Shown: positions 26,264 through 39,786 of the stretch, in pieces
Layout: each line of letters starts with the position of its first letter
How positions within the stretch are numbered: the first letter of the stretch is position 1
From: Octopus sinensis
Taxonomy: Eukaryota
Direction of reading: 5' to 3'
NCBI RefSeq assembly: GCF_006345805.1
Contig: NC_043011.1
Coordinates: 21,774,464-21,838,463 of the forward strand
DNA length: 64,000 bases
Notes under the pieces: model-generated
Database searches by the model: none
What the model was told of the DNA's origin: nothing
The model's input: the letters and a program-made list of their open reading frames with translations, nothing else
Translations under genes and position numbers: made by a program

Positions 26264-26330
26264 TATATATATTTATATATATATATATATATAATTGCAG
26301 CGTGGAAGGTGTTTATAAGCCATTTAACAA

Positions 26331-26364
<34 letters not shown>

Positions 26365-26553
26365 CATCATCATCATCATCGTTTAGCGTCCGCTTTCCAT
26401 GCTAGCATGGGTTGGACGGTTCAACTGGAGTCTGGGAAGCCAGAAGGCTGCACCAGGCCCAGTCTGATCTGGCAATGTTTCTATGGTTGGATGCCCTTCC
26501 TAACGCCAACCACTCCGTGAATGGGTGCTTTTTACGTGCCACCGGCACGTACG

Positions 26554-26618
<65 letters not shown>

Positions 26619-27829
26619 CGTTATTATACAAAAACATTGTAAGTCAGAAACGTTGCTCTTTCAGAGATTGAAAAAGTAGTTTCACCATTCCATTTCTTTT
26701 TACATTGGCAACAGTTTCAGCTTAACAATAATTCTTTGTCGGGTGCATAAAATCGTAACTCCATGCATGTATGATATTTTCTGTCATAAATATTTTGGAA
26801 AAGCCATCGTATGTGGGACTGACTACACTTTTGAAAAATGCTAAACCATTGTACTACACTTTGACAATTTTCATATCTTAACATCTGAAGCAGCTGGAGA
26901 TACAATAGTGTGACCAAACGAACTGGCCTTTGCAAGCAAAATTAAATATTAAAAATAAACACATTTGGCCAAATTTGGACATACAACAGTTTAACATAAT
27001 AGTAACAATGTATGTGTGTGTGTACCTTGTTTCAATCATCGGATTATGCCCATCCTGAGGCACCATATTGAAGAGCTTTAGTCAAACAAATCAACTCCAG
27101 TACTTATTTCAAAGCTTAGTATTTATTCTATCAGTCTTTTTTCACAGAACCACTATTACAGGGATATAAACAAACCAAGTGATAGTGGTGGACAAGTACA
27201 CACACATACGCACACATGTAATTTTGGATTCTTTTAGTTTTCTGTCTACCAAATCCACTTACAAGGCTTTGGTCAACCTGAGGCTATAGTAGAAGACACT
27301 TGCCCAAAGTGCCATGATGTGGAACTGAACCTGAAACAATGTGTTTGGGAAGCAAACTTTTAACCCATACAGCTATGCCTGTGTCTTAGCCAGTAGTCTT
27401 CTATAACATAATTTATAAGATAAGATCAACAGACATATATTAATTTGACATTAGTATCCTTAAATCAACATTAAAGAAAATGTATTAAGTAAAACTGCAA
27501 ATAATGGTAAATTTTTCAACCTGAAAACAATTTCCCTGCTGGCCTCCTCAGATTGTCTTCTGGAATGTAGAAATTTTCTCTCTGAGGGAAATTTTCCCCG
27601 GGTAAAGAATTGCAGATCCAGATGGAGAATAGCTTCCACATTTTCATAAAATAATGCATGATAATATGTTATGTCCTGCAACACATAGCTTAGTACTAGC
27701 CATTTGAGGACAATATATAGTTATCTAATGAATTGCTTGTTTCTTGCTTAGCACAAAAGATATTCTTTTCTTTCTTCTGTCTTTTTTATATTTTCTTGTT
27801 CTTTACCTTTTACTATTTACTTAATCTAG

Positions 27830-27918
27830 GGATCAACTCAGTATTCAAATCACACAGGAATAGTTGAAGAAGCTGTTAGTGAATCACAGCCTGAAGTTTC
27901 CCAGAACTGCCCTCCCAG
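27830..27918 (+). CDS. GPATCH4: GPATCH4 exon 5 (GSTQYSNHTGIVEEAVSESQPEVSQNCPP-R)
   Basis: Long pyrimidine tract plus ctag acceptor, donor gtaagt. Phase 0-2 exactly bridges exons 4 and 6. Poorly conserved acidic linker. Confidence 0.75.
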
Positions 27919-27954
27919 GTAAGTTAATGTTTACTTCACATATTCTGTTTCTGT

Positions 27955-28070
<116 letters not shown>

Positions 28071-28511
28071 CCTCCCCTCTCCTGCCCAGGGCTGGGTAAC
28101 CTTATACCTCCTCTACAGCAAGACACCTGTTTCTGTCTCACTATTACCTTTCATCATCTGACACAAGATCACCTCCTCCAATGCCCCCTCCACTCTCAAA
28201 AGATTTTTGCCTTGCAAGGTACATGGTGACCCTGTCAGTGCAGGTGCTACTTAAAAAGCATCCAGGTCACACTGTAAAGTGGTTAGCATTTGGAAGGGCA
28301 TCCAGCTGTAAAAACCTTGCCAAAACTGACCTCGCCTGTGCTTGTACCACGTAAAAAGCATTAAGTCCACTCTGCTGGGTAGTTGGTGTTAGGAAGGGCA
28401 TCCAGCTGTAAAAATCCTGCCAAAACAATCACAGAAGTCTGGTGCAGGCTTCTGCCTAGCCAGCTCCTGTCAAACTGTCCCACCCATGCCAGCATGGAAG
28501 GCAGACATTAA

Positions 28512-28730
28512 CCCTTTAGTATTTAAACCGGCCATATCCGGCCAAAATAGCTAATCTGTTTTATGTTCAAACTGACCAGATCCAGGCCCTCACACCTACC
28601 CTACAATGTTATTCTACATTAAGTAATTACACCATCAAGATCTTGAAGATATGAGATAATGCATGATTAATTCAAATCAATGTGAATCAATAAGCATTAT
28701 GTTTGATAGAATAATCTGAAAACTAAAGGG
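28512..28730. mobile_element. piggyBac-type MITE inserted in an RTE 3' tail
   Basis: TTAA TSDs at 28508-28511 and 28731-28734. Removing the element restores gcagaca-ttaa-atgatgatga. Confidence 0.88.
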
Positions 28731-31486
28731 TTAAATGATGATGATTCTGAAAGGTATCAGAATAAGTCAATATGCTTCTGTTGGTTTCATATATTTTCAG
28801 CCAGTCTCAAATTTAGTGTTTAACCACCAAGTCACACATTTTACATGTGCTGCATTTCTTTAACCCTTTTACTGTAGAAATCAGATATATCCACTCAAAA
28901 TTTCATTACCCTTAACTGTGGAAAGCAGTTTTATTTACCAATCTACCATTTGTTAAGGAATGTCATGCTTGATAAAATATGTCAAGTTTATTGAGGCCAT
29001 TTGGTTTGCAGAAGTACCAATTCTATTTTTTGGTAGATATTTAACATCATTACTAAAATAAACATGAAATTTAATTTTGCAATTAAAGAAGTAATGTCTC
29101 ATCAGCTAAAGCAAGTCACTTTTACAAATCAAGCAATTGATCTTTGTAGCTAATTTTACTAATTACTGTATATAATGTATCACAAATATAATACTTAACC
29201 AAGTAGGCTGTGTGTCATTATTCTTGCTGTGCTTGCTAATACTCATTTATTCATTTATTTCCATTATAACCACAATTATTACCTAGAAGTAAGTCAGTTG
29301 TTGCAGGTATTCCAGTTTTGTAGTCACTTCTCTAATGATTTGTGTCTTGAGATTTGATCTTCTTAAATTTTCCTCTTCTACAAACAGCATGTTATTTCTT
29401 TATCAAGACAGTACCATATACAAAAAATCTCAGTTTGTAAATGTTAATGCCACTAAAGAGGTAATTGTTATTCTGATGTGGAAAAATTATTGATGTTGGG
29501 TCCAGTTTCCAAAGCACAAATACCATCCACATCCAACTTAGATTTCCACAGCTTCCATGAATACAGACTTTGAAAACATCATTTAGTATGGGGGACAACT
29601 TTACAGCCTAGTCTCTTTTAACAGCTTCAAGATATAATTATCACATGTTTCAATCAAAGATACAAGTCTTGCATTACACCTTTTCTCTGTATAAGCAACA
29701 CACAACTAAAGCCCACAAAGTCACTTCAAATCTTTGTTGTTCTCTCGTGGCTACTTCTCATTCCTAATATATGTATCAAAAATTAAGCATCCACTTCAGA
29801 GTCAAAATATATTTCAACTCTGATCATTTGCCGACCCCTTACATAACTTTAGGGTAACCCACATTAGAGATATCCCACATATCTGATATTGGGCTGTTGT
29901 TATACAAATGCAAACATTTTAGATCAGATTTTTTTTAAATCTATCTACTGATTGACAAAAATTCACTTAATAGTATGCTTTAACCACTGGCCCTAAAGTA
30001 GATTCTTTACCTTCTACAGCAAGCTTACTCTCTTCCTTTCATCTCTATCATGCCTGTCTGTCTCCTATTCTGCATTAAACTAATCCTCTCCAGAACCGCA
30101 ATAGTTTTTCTTTGAGACATGAACCTGTAGAAAAGAAACTGAACACTAACCACATCAGTCTCATCAAGCTGGAAGATCCCATTATAAAATCATAGATAAT
30201 GCATCCTTCATTAACCTTTTGATACCAACCTACCTGAGACCACCCCAAGGTCTATAACATAAACTTACTGTCTTAAAATGGTTTAAATTATAATCTTCCA
30301 TCAAAACTTTATGTTAAATTATTCCAGGCTCCAGCTCAATGAGAAAGTTATTTTACTAAGTTCTCCATTATTTTAGAAATTAATTGAAACAAAGGCATCA
30401 TATGTTAACAGAAATATGGTAACAAATGGGTTAAGTCGGAGAGGATGATAAGAATCACATGTTACTAATCATTAGAGGATTTCTCTGGCTACTGGAAAAA
30501 TAATTGAATTAGCTCTTACTAACCTTTCATATCATTGTATATTTTGTTCTTTGACAGGGTACAGTACAGATACAGGGGTATGATATGAGGTGACAATATT
30601 ATAGATATTCTTAAGGTGGTGAGCTGGCAAGATTGTTAGCACACCAGGCAAAATGCTTAGCAGCACTTCATCCATTTGTACATTCTAAATTCAAATTCTG
30701 CTGAGGTTGACTTAACATTTCATCCTTTCAGGGTCAAATTAGTATCAGTTGATCACTGGGATTGATACTATCAACTTACCCCCCCACCTCATGAAATCAC
30801 TGGCCTTGTGCGAAAAAGTGAAACCATCATCATCATCATCATCATCATCGTTTAACATCTGCTTTCCATGCTAGCATGGGTTGGACATATTACAGATTTT
30901 CATTTTAGAAAAGAGAACAAGAAAAATAATATTCTTTCATTAGACAATGATCCAAAAGAAACAGTACTCTTTCATTTCATAGGAACTTCATAACTGCTAT
31001 TATTCTCATCATCATCATCATCATCTAATGTTATACTTATTTTTCCATGTTAGCATGGCTTGAATATGTTGGCAATATAATATCTTTTTGTAACAACATG
31101 CTTCATTCTTTTCTAGCATGTTTTATGTTGTTGGCTCATTTTTATACATTTCTGTGTTTCTAGCTTATAGCTTTGAGTTTTTAGTTGGAACTGCTTCAAC
31201 TGGATATTCTTCCAATTGTCCACCTTTTGACAACAATGTATAGGCCAAGTGTAACACAGTTATCATTGAGACACTTGACACTAATGTTAAAATTCTCACG
31301 TGACTCAGATTTTCCACCTCCTCTTAGCCAAAATGCAGCAATCAAGATAGGTAGGTAGGTAGGTACTACATAGAAAAATGCAATAGAAGCAATATTTTCA
31401 CCATTATTCAGGAGACATTTAAGGTAATGTACTTGCAAAGTGGTATAGTAGTTAAGAAAATTGTAATCATCTTCTTTCTTCTGTAG

Positions 31487-31537
31487 GTTAACCGATGAAC
31501 AGCTTTTTGAAATATGTGGACGTCGTACAGCACACAA
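31487..31537 (+). CDS. GPATCH4: GPATCH4 exon 6 (LTDEQLFEICGRRTAHK)
   Basis: Acceptor ctttcttctgtag and donor gtaagt. Matches the GPATCH4 motif LTDE.L...C.GRTAHK. Confidence 0.92.
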
Positions 31538-32491
31538 GTAAGTTTGCTTTGAAATATAGGAAGGAGGCTCTTTATTTCCCTAATGAATTTAATTTGAAAG
31601 TAATAAGTCATTCTTGAAGTCATAAGTTTATATATAAAATTGACAGATTTAGACTGGGATTTTGGGGGAGAGAGTGGTTCATTAAGTCAGAACCAAGAAT
31701 ATTCAACAATTTTATCATGTATGTAATAAATCTCACTAGCCATTGGATCGATATCCATTTTACCTTGCTGACCTTTTCTGTGATAGCCAACTTTCAAAAG
31801 TTTAATTTCAGTACCTTATACTAAATTTTACTAGTAAACTTCTCGTAGTTATGATGACAAGTAAAATAAGTGTTATAATTAATAACTGATAAGGTTAGAA
31901 TTGCGCTGACCAGTCCTGAAATACAAAGCATAGCTTCATGGTCAAGAATTTTGCTTCCCAACCACATGGTTTCAAGTTCAGTCACACTACACAGCATCAT
32001 GGTCACTTACTATATCCCTGGGACCAACAAAGGCCTTGTGAATGGATTTGGTAGATGGAAATTGAAAGAAGCCCATTGTATACATACATAATACATACAT
32101 ACATATGTACCTAGATATATATATATATGTGTGTGTATGCATGTGTATGTTTGCTTTATCTTGTCTTGACATCACATGATTGTTGGAAATGAATGTTGTT
32201 CATTTCCAGTACCCTGTGAAAATATGTCTGACCACTGGGGAAATACTACCTTGCATGGAAACAGGCAAGTGTTGCTGAAAGGAAGAGCATCTGAGTAGAA
32301 AATCTGCCTTGATAAACTCTGTCCATACCATGCAAATATGGGAAAGTGGCCATTAAAATGATGATGTATTTTGGTAAATAGTTGAGTTTGTGAGTTTGAA
32401 CGATATACTTGTAATGGTAAGATAGTTGTTGAAAGAAATATGATTGAGAAATTTGATTGTAAATGTTCTTAAAAGAAACTGTTTTGTAATA

Positions 32492-33458
32492 TAGGATGAC
32501 CCAAAAAAATGGGAACTTTTGAAAAAAACCCAACAAAAATAGGAAAAATCCAAATCCAACAAAAAAGATTTATTGACAGAAATTAAACAAATTGCCTTTT
32601 AAGAATCAGTAATCCAAATTATTAATGTCTGAAAATTATGTCCTGTAGACAGCAATCCTAAGGAACTTCATGAATACCCTTTACACAGCAGCAAAGTGAT
32701 GGTATGGTGTGCAGTTTTATCACATGGGATCATCGGACCTTTTTCGAAAATGAAGAGGGTATCACAACGGCTGTCACTTCAGATCATTATGTTGAGATGC
32801 TGCAATCATTTGTTGCACCTGCATTGAACAATTTTCTGCAACTTCACGACAGTGCAACATCACACACTACAATAAGATTGACATACCATTCATTTGTTTT
32901 ACATTTGACAGAGCAATCTGAATGCTAAAAGGTTAAAACAGAAGGTTTGTGTCATACAAGGGGTGATCTCACTTGGGTTGGTAGATAAAGGGTTAAGTCA
33001 AAAGGTAATCGCTGGCAGCTGTGCAAGATTTTTTCGGTAATCATGTCATCTCAAGATTTGGTGATCTTCACTGCCCCCTCCACCTCACCCCACCTAAATC
33101 TCCAGATTTGTCAGTTTGTGATTTTTGCTTATGGGGCTACCTTTAGAGTTGGGTCTACACAGCTCGGCCAAGGACACTGGATAAATTGAAACAAAGAATT
33201 CAAGACGAAATTCTTGATATACTAATTGAGATGTTGCACCAAGCAATGAGGAACCTCAATGGCTGATTGGCAGAATGCACACCTAGAGGAGGACATCATC
33301 TACAGGACATAATTTTCAGGTATTAATTTGGATTACTGCTTCCTTAAAGGTAATTTGTTTAATTTCTATCAATTAAATTTTTTTTTTTTGTTGGATTTGG
33401 GTTTTTCCTATTTTTGTAGGGGCTTTCAAGAGTTCTTATTTTTCTGTGTCACCCTGTA
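32492..33458 (+). mobile_element. Tc1/mariner-superfamily element, internally deleted, with ~160-bp TIRs
   Basis: 32492-32650 is inverted relative to 33300-33458, with TA flanks. Transposase remnants include PLHSSKVMVWCAV..GIIGP, HDSATSHT and SPDLSVCDFCLWGYL. Confidence 0.85.
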
Positions 33459-34494
33459 TTTAAATATTGGTTTTGTTCAAGTTGGTTTGAAGCATATTAG
33501 CAGGAGGCAAGAAGTAGTCTGTGACTGACTGTTGACATAGGATTTTATTCAGCTAGAAGAAAATGTATAAATGTGTATCACTTGTTTATGCTTGTGTATT
33601 TGTATTTGTGAGTGTGTATCATATATTTTTAGAATTTGAAATGTATATTTTTTTTTCTATAGAATAACAGGAAGTTAATTGATTGTATTACCACATACTT
33701 GTAGTACTTTAAAAGGCTCTGCCAGTATCTGAAGACTAGTCTTTATTGATAAAAGTTGTTAGTCACTTCACTTGATTTAAACAGTTTGGATTTTAGGCAA
33801 ATGAAAACAATGGATTTTGTTTCACAATTGTACAATATCGAATTTTAAAAATGCTGGCTTTGATAAGTGTAGTAAAAAAAGATGAATCGTCACTATCATG
33901 ATTCATTTAATGTCCACTTTTCCATGCTCACATGGGTCAGACACAGTTCATAGAAGTAGATTTTTTACAGCTGGATGCCCTTCCTGTCACCAACACTCAC
34001 TTATTTCCAAGTAAGGTAATATTTCCCCATGACCAGGCATCCTTTTTAAGGAAGATTGGAAACAAAGGACATCAATTGTATGACTGACTATAGCATGATG
34101 TCATCGCAAGGGGACACAAAACACACACACATGTTCAACAGGCTTTTTTCAGTGTCTGTCTACTACCAGATTCATTCAGAAAGCTTTTTGTCAGCCCAAG
34201 ACACCAGTAGAAAACACTTGCCCAAAGTGCCATATGGTGAGATTGAACCCAGAACCATGTGGTTGGGAAGCAAACTTCTTACCACATAGCCATATCTGTA
34301 TCTATAAATTTCACAAATGAAGTAAAAAGGAAAAATCTATATGAACAACATTAACAGCTAATGAGTAAAGTTGGCATTTAACACCTTTGTTATATATATT
34401 TCTATTGACATATTATGCTTTTGTTTTAATTAATTTTTAAAATAATGAAAAATTTAGTAAAATAACTGTTATATTAAGCTGTTGTTATATTAGG

Positions 34495-34656
34495 CGTAGG
34501 AGTGGCTGTGTGGTAAGTAGCTTGCTAACCAACCACATGGTCCCGGGTTCAGTCCCACTGCATGGCACCTTGGGCAAGTGTCTTCTACTATAGCTCCGGG
34601 CCGACCAATGCCTTGTGAGTGGATTTGGTGGACGGAAACTGAAAGAAGCTTGTCGT

Positions 34657-34700
<44 letters not shown>

Positions 34701-34912
34701 TTGTGTGTCTGCTGTGTTTGTCCCCCTAGCATTGCTTGACAACCGATGCTGGTGTGTTTACGTCCCCGTCACTTAGCGGTTCGGCAAAAGAGACCGATAG
34801 AATAAGTACTGGGCTTACAAAGAATAAGTCCCAGGGTCGATTTGCTCGACTAAAGGCGGTGCTCCAGCATGGCCGCAGTCAAAATGACTGAAACAAGTAA
34901 AAGAGTAAGAGT
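34495..34912 (+). mobile_element. SINE family 1 copy
   Basis: Near-identical to 11498-11913. Confidence 0.9.
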
Positions 34913-35182
34913 AACGTTTAGATAGTAAGTTAACGTGAAATTTTGAGGGAAGTTTTAAAATCTACATTGCTTTAGCCCTTTGGCATTTAAACTGACCATA
35001 TCTGGCCCAAATATTCGACTTTTTTTATGTTCAGGCCAGATAGATATGGCTTCTCACATTTTTGAAATTTCAAAGCCACGAGATAATGCATGATTAATTC
35101 AAAACAATGTGAATAAATAAGCATTACGTTTGACAGAGTAAACTGTATGCTAAAGAATTGAAACAGAAGGTTTGTGTCATAC

Positions 35183-35552
35183 TGGGAGGCGCAATGGCCC
35201 AGTGGTTAGGGTAGCGGACTTGCGGTCATAGGATCGCGGTTTCGATTCCCAGACCGGGCGTTGTGAGTGTTTATTGCGAAAACACCTAAAGCTCCACAAG
35301 GCTCCGGCAGGGGATGGTGGTGATCCCTGCTGTACTCTTTCACCACAACTTTCTCTCACTCTTACTTCCTGTTTCTGTTGTACCTGTATTTCAAGGGGCC
35401 GGCCTTGTCACGCTGAATATCCCCGAGAACTACGTTAAGGGTACACGTGTCTGTGGAGTGCTCAGCCACTTACACGTTAATTTCACGAGCAGGCTGTTCC
35501 GTTGATTCAGATCAACCGGAAACCTCGTCGTCGTAACCGACGGAGCGCTTCT
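35183..35552 (+). mobile_element. tRNA-derived SINE family 3 with a 12-bp TSD
   Basis: Head tggcccagtggttagg...ggtttcgattccc. The TSD tttgtgtcatac lies at 35171-35182 and 35553-35564. Confidence 0.9.
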
Positions 35553-35691
35553 TTTGTGTCATACAAGGGGTGATCACATGTGGGTTGGTAGCTAAAGGAT
35601 TAAGTCAAAAGAAATTATTTTGTATAATGTGAAACATTAATTGTATTCTTATTCATATTTACATTAACCAATTTTCAAACCATTTTTACAG

Positions 35692-36160
35692 AGCAGCACG
35701 ACATGGATTACGACTAAATGGCAAGTTGCAACGCATCAAAGAACAAGAACAACGCTTCTTGGAATCTCTTGAGAGTGCCAAAAATCATAAAAATCAAATC
35801 TCAAATACCAAAATTTCTAGCATTTCTGGAAATCATACAAAGGTTGAGGCTGAGAAGCAGCAAAATAATTTAGATGACGATGGTTATATTGAAGAAGAAA
35901 CATTGATTAAAAAGAGGAAAAAGAAGAAGAAAAAGAACAAAAATGATTTGGTTGAAGTGGGTTTAGAAGAAACAGTTGATTGTAGACAGGATTCAGAAAA
36001 TCAAGTCTTTCAGGAAAACAAATTACTTGTTAGTGAAAATCTAACAGACTCTGATAAAGAAATAGTTTGGTTGCCTAAGCAAGATGATGTTTCAACCAAA
36101 GATGGATTTAAATTAAAATACAAGGTTAAAAAGCACAAAAAGAGAAAACATAATCTATAA
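35692..36160 (+). CDS. GPATCH4: GPATCH4 terminal exon 7 (AARHGLRLNGKLQRIKEQEQRFL...lysine-rich tail, stop TAA)
   Basis: Acceptor tttttacag. Continues the motif AAR.G....KL.R...QEQ.FL and has KKRKKKKKK basic tracts. The spliced CDS totals 906 nt (301 aa). Confidence 0.92.
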
Positions 36161-36189
36161 TTTGAATACAAAATAATTTAAAATTCAAA

Positions 36190-36240
<51 letters not shown>

Positions 36241-36323
36241 CATTACCATTATCATTATTATAATATATATTATATATATATATATATTATCATTACCATT
36301 ATCATTATTATAATATATATATA

Positions 36324-36987
36324 TAAACACATAAATGTAAAACAAGGTGGAAAAAAGAGTACTCAAATACCAGAGGTAGAGTAATATGCTTTATTTAAAA
36401 GCAGCAGAAATTCAACAAAACCTGTTACTCGGAGTTTCACGTTCCCGTTCGTCAAGATGACAATTCTATCAAGACTAGTATAAACGTTACACCTTTAAAA
36501 ATGGACTTGTTTGATTGGTCCTTTCAAATAACGGTCATATTCGAGCGATAAACGAAAATGAGCTTAATATAAAATATTTAAAAAAAATATATAAAATTAT
36601 AAAAGTCGAGGAAAAAACCTTACATCGAATCTTTGGTTAAAATACATATTGTCATTAATAAAGAAAATATACATAGAAATTAAAATTAAAATATTAAAAA
36701 ATTAAAATTGAAATTAAAAATTTAAAAAGTCGAGGTTTTTTCCTCGATTTTTATAATTTTATATATTTTTTTTTAATATTTTATATTGAGCTCATTTTTG
36801 TTTATTGCTCGAATATGAGCGTTATTTGAAAGGACCAATCAAACAAGTCCATTTTTAAAGGTGTAACGTTTATACCAGTCTTGATATAATTGTCATATCG
36901 GTTCTATTTTAACAAAAGTGTCCAACGAACGGGAACGTGAAACTCCGAGTAACAGGTTTTGTTGAATTTCTGCTACTTTTAAATAAA

Positions 36988-36992
<5 letters not shown>
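36324..36992 (-). mobile_element. Short Penelope-like foldback (element A), related to element B
   Basis: Inverted arms at about 36385-36620 and 36733-36992 are homologous to the pLTR of element B. It is flanked by (TA)n and has no ORF. Confidence 0.8.
36914..36960 (+). ncRNA. Degenerate hammerhead motif in element A (a partial mirror copy lies at about 36417-36455 on the minus strand)
   Basis: tgt-CCAACGA-acg ggaa cgt-GAAA-ctc c gag-TA-aca. The core is mutated but the stems are retained. Confidence 0.5.
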
Positions 36993-37025
<33 letters not shown>

Positions 37026-37053
37026 CTTTATTTTAAGCAGCAGAAAATTCAAC

Positions 37054-37099
37054 AAAATCTGTTACTCTGTTTCTCGTTGCCGTTCATCAGACAGTTTTT
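37054..37099 (-). ncRNA. Hammerhead motif, mirror copy with a 4-nt deletion in stem III
   Basis: The reverse complement reads ctgt-CTGATGA-acggcaacga-GAAA-cagag-TA-acag. Confidence 0.55.
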
Positions 37100-38119
37100 G
37101 CTAGAATGGAACTTATATATTAATTCAATCTATACTCTTACAAACGCTACACCTTTAAAAAGAAATGGACTTGTTTGATTGGCCCTTTAGAAAAAAACGG
37201 TCAATCTTCGAGCGATAAACAAAAAGGTCAAAAATATATGTATATATATATAAAAAAACTTATAAAAATTATAAAATCCGAGGAAAAAACGAGGAAAAAC
37301 CTATTGCCGTTAATGAAGAAAGTACAAATTAATGCATAGAAATTAAACCTGTTATAAATACTGCAATACATATTTATATTAAAATCTACATATATATATC
37401 AACATACACAAAAGGATGCGCGTAAACGCCATACATACATATACAGACGTATGAATATGAATCTAAATTATACACATAAAAGCATGTGTACATATATTCA
37501 CGCAAACCGTCTCGCACGCAAGCTAAAATTCATCTATGTAGCAATTCTCATATACTGAGCAAGGAGGGGGAACGAAAGAAAGGGAAAGAGAGAAAAAGGA
37601 ACGAAGGAGGGGTGGGGAAAAAACTTGTAGCGATGTTATTGGCATCTATAGAGGCCAGTATACATACACAAGTTTGAATTGATACATATACATACCGTCG
37701 TGTGTATGCGTGCTTAAGCACAAGCATACTTTCACTTACACATACACAGATACGTATGCTTACATATACATATGCTTTGCTATACACAAACTTATATAAA
37801 CATTCTAAATTTGACAACATTGCTTTTTTTTTAAAAAAAACATTGCTTTTAAAAAATGGGTGCATTAATAAAAATATATACGAAAGACATATAAAATAAA
37901 ATATAACATCTTATTTTGGGTCATTTATAAATAATCAAGGTAATATAAATAATCAAGGTAATCCTATGCAATACAATAACATGAAAACAAAGTTTGTAGG
38001 TTTTTCCTAATATATATGTAGAAACAAAAGACTTTGCTATAAATCCGTCGTAGCGCTCAAGAGTCAAAATCAAAATCAAAAATCAAAATACAAAATATAT
38101 ACTCTATCCATATGGTATT

Positions 38120-38950
38120 TTATATCGACATTTTAAATTTAGCCGCGTGCCTACATAAGTTCATTAACTCACTTCTTTGATTCAAAGAATTATTGTCTTT
38201 GAATAATATGTGCATTTTCTCTAATAAGCAAAGCCTGCACTTGAAATTATATTTGTAAGCTCCATGCCTGTATGGTGCCGCCCTGTCCAGAATGCTCCAT
38301 GTCACGTTGAAAGGTGGGGCTTCCTTTTCTTTTAGTTCCCAGACATATTTTGCTAGGCTGGGTTTCTTCCTATTCTCTGGGTATTAAAAGAATTCTTATG
38401 AGAATAAAATCTTGTTTTAAATGAATTTTCTGAAGCCCCTGTGTATGTCTTGTATTCCGATGAGCCTTCCACTTGCACCTTGGCTCTATAAACTACTCCT
38501 TTCACTAGACATTTCCTTCTAACGGACAGGAGCTTTCGTTTTTGCAATTACATTTCTTAATGGGCTCGGCACCATGTCTAATCTCAATTAGCTTCCTATT
38601 ATGTTGGCTAATGTAAGAGGCGAAATTTCTGCAACAAGAATAGCTAACCTTCAGGGTTCTTCTATTAAATATTCTGTAGAATTTATGACCCTGCTTAAAA
38701 CTTAGAGACTAATCTCAAAAATTCTTACCTATATTAGTCTTTACGGCCAAATTGAAAGCCGGGTTGAACCACAAAACTTTCCTGGTCCTAGTTCTTCGTG
38801 CAGCATTATTATTAGCATTAAGCTGGTTGAACTGGATCTTCTCCGAGAATCCACTATTCTTTAATGCGTTATCGTAATAAGGTGCAGCATTATGGAATGC
38901 TGCCTCGTCCGAAGAAATTGAAGATATTCTTCTACGTACATTGCTGACTA
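38120..38950 (-). pseudogene. Frameshifted C-terminal part of the Penelope-like ORF (linker with CxC...CPL..C plus GIY-YIG endonuclease)
   Basis: Joined frames read KVLWFNPAF..KTNIGKNF..IFNRRTLKVSYSC..KKCNCKNESSCPLEG-CLVKGVVYRAKV..KTYTGASENSFKTRFYSHKNSF..KYVWELK..CRLCLLEK..LNQRSELMNLCRH. VVY-YTG is the GIY-YIG signature, followed by the conserved R, H, E and N. Confidence 0.88.
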
Positions 38951-39736
38951 AATGTCTTTCGTATATATTTTTATTAATGCACCCATTTTTTAAAAGCAAT
39001 GTTTTTTTTAAAAAAAAGCAATGTTGTCAAATTTAGAATGTTATATAAGTTGTGTATAGCAAAGCATATGTATTTGTAAGCATGCGTATCTGTGTATGTG
39101 TAAGTGAAAGTATGCTTGTGCTTAAGCACGCATACACACGACGGTATGTATATGTATCAATTCAAACTTGTGTATGTATACTGCCTCTATAGATGCCAAA
39201 ATAACATCGCTACAAGTTTTTTCCCCACCCCTCCTTCGTTCCTTTTTTCTCTCTTTCCTTCTTTCGTTCCCCTCCTTGCTCAGTATATGAAAATTGCTAC
39301 ATAGATGAATTTTAGCTTGCGTGCGAGACGGTTTGCGTGAATATATATGTACAATGCTTTTATGTGTATAATTTAGATTCATATTCATACGTCTGTACAT
39401 GTATGTATGGCGTTTACGCGCATCCTTTTGTGTATGTTGATATATATATGTAGATTTTAATATAAATATGTATTGCAGTATTTATAACAGGTTTAATTTC
39501 TATGCATTAATTTGTACTGTCTTCATAACGGCAATAGGTTTTTCCTGGTTTTTTCCTCGGATTTTATAATTTTTATAAGTTTTTTTATATATATAACATA
39601 TATTTTTGACCTTTTTGTTTATCGCTCGAAGATTGACCGTTTTTTTCTAAAGGGCCAATCAAATAAGTCCATTTCTTTTTAAAGGTGTAGCGTTTGTAAG
39701 AGTATAGATTGAATTATATATAAGTTCCATTCTAGC

Positions 39737-39786
39737 AAAAACTGTCTGATGAACGGCAACGAGAAACTCAGAGAGTAACAGATTTT
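39737..39786 (+). ncRNA. Minimal type I hammerhead ribozyme motif
   Basis: aaaaactgt-CTGATGA-a cg gcaa cg a-GAAA-ctc aga gag-TA-acag a tttt. The core is intact, stem I is ctgt/acag, stem II is short and GNRA-capped, stem III is ctc/gag and the cleavage triplet is GUA. Confidence 0.75.

Noticed and set aside
35186-35260. tRNA gene
   Set aside because: It is the tRNA-like head of a SINE, with body, tail and TSD, and no complete cloverleaf is evident.
38120-38560. Bacterial or phage GIY-YIG homing endonuclease, or horizontal transfer
   Set aside because: The linker motifs, inverted pLTRs, hammerheads and microsatellite target all fit a Penelope-like retroelement.
38715-38999. ORF start MLLKNGCINKNIYERH as the true N-terminus of a nuclease gene
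   Set aside because: The first ~16 codons come from the inverted arm fused at the 5'-truncation junction (about 38951), so the ORF is chimeric.
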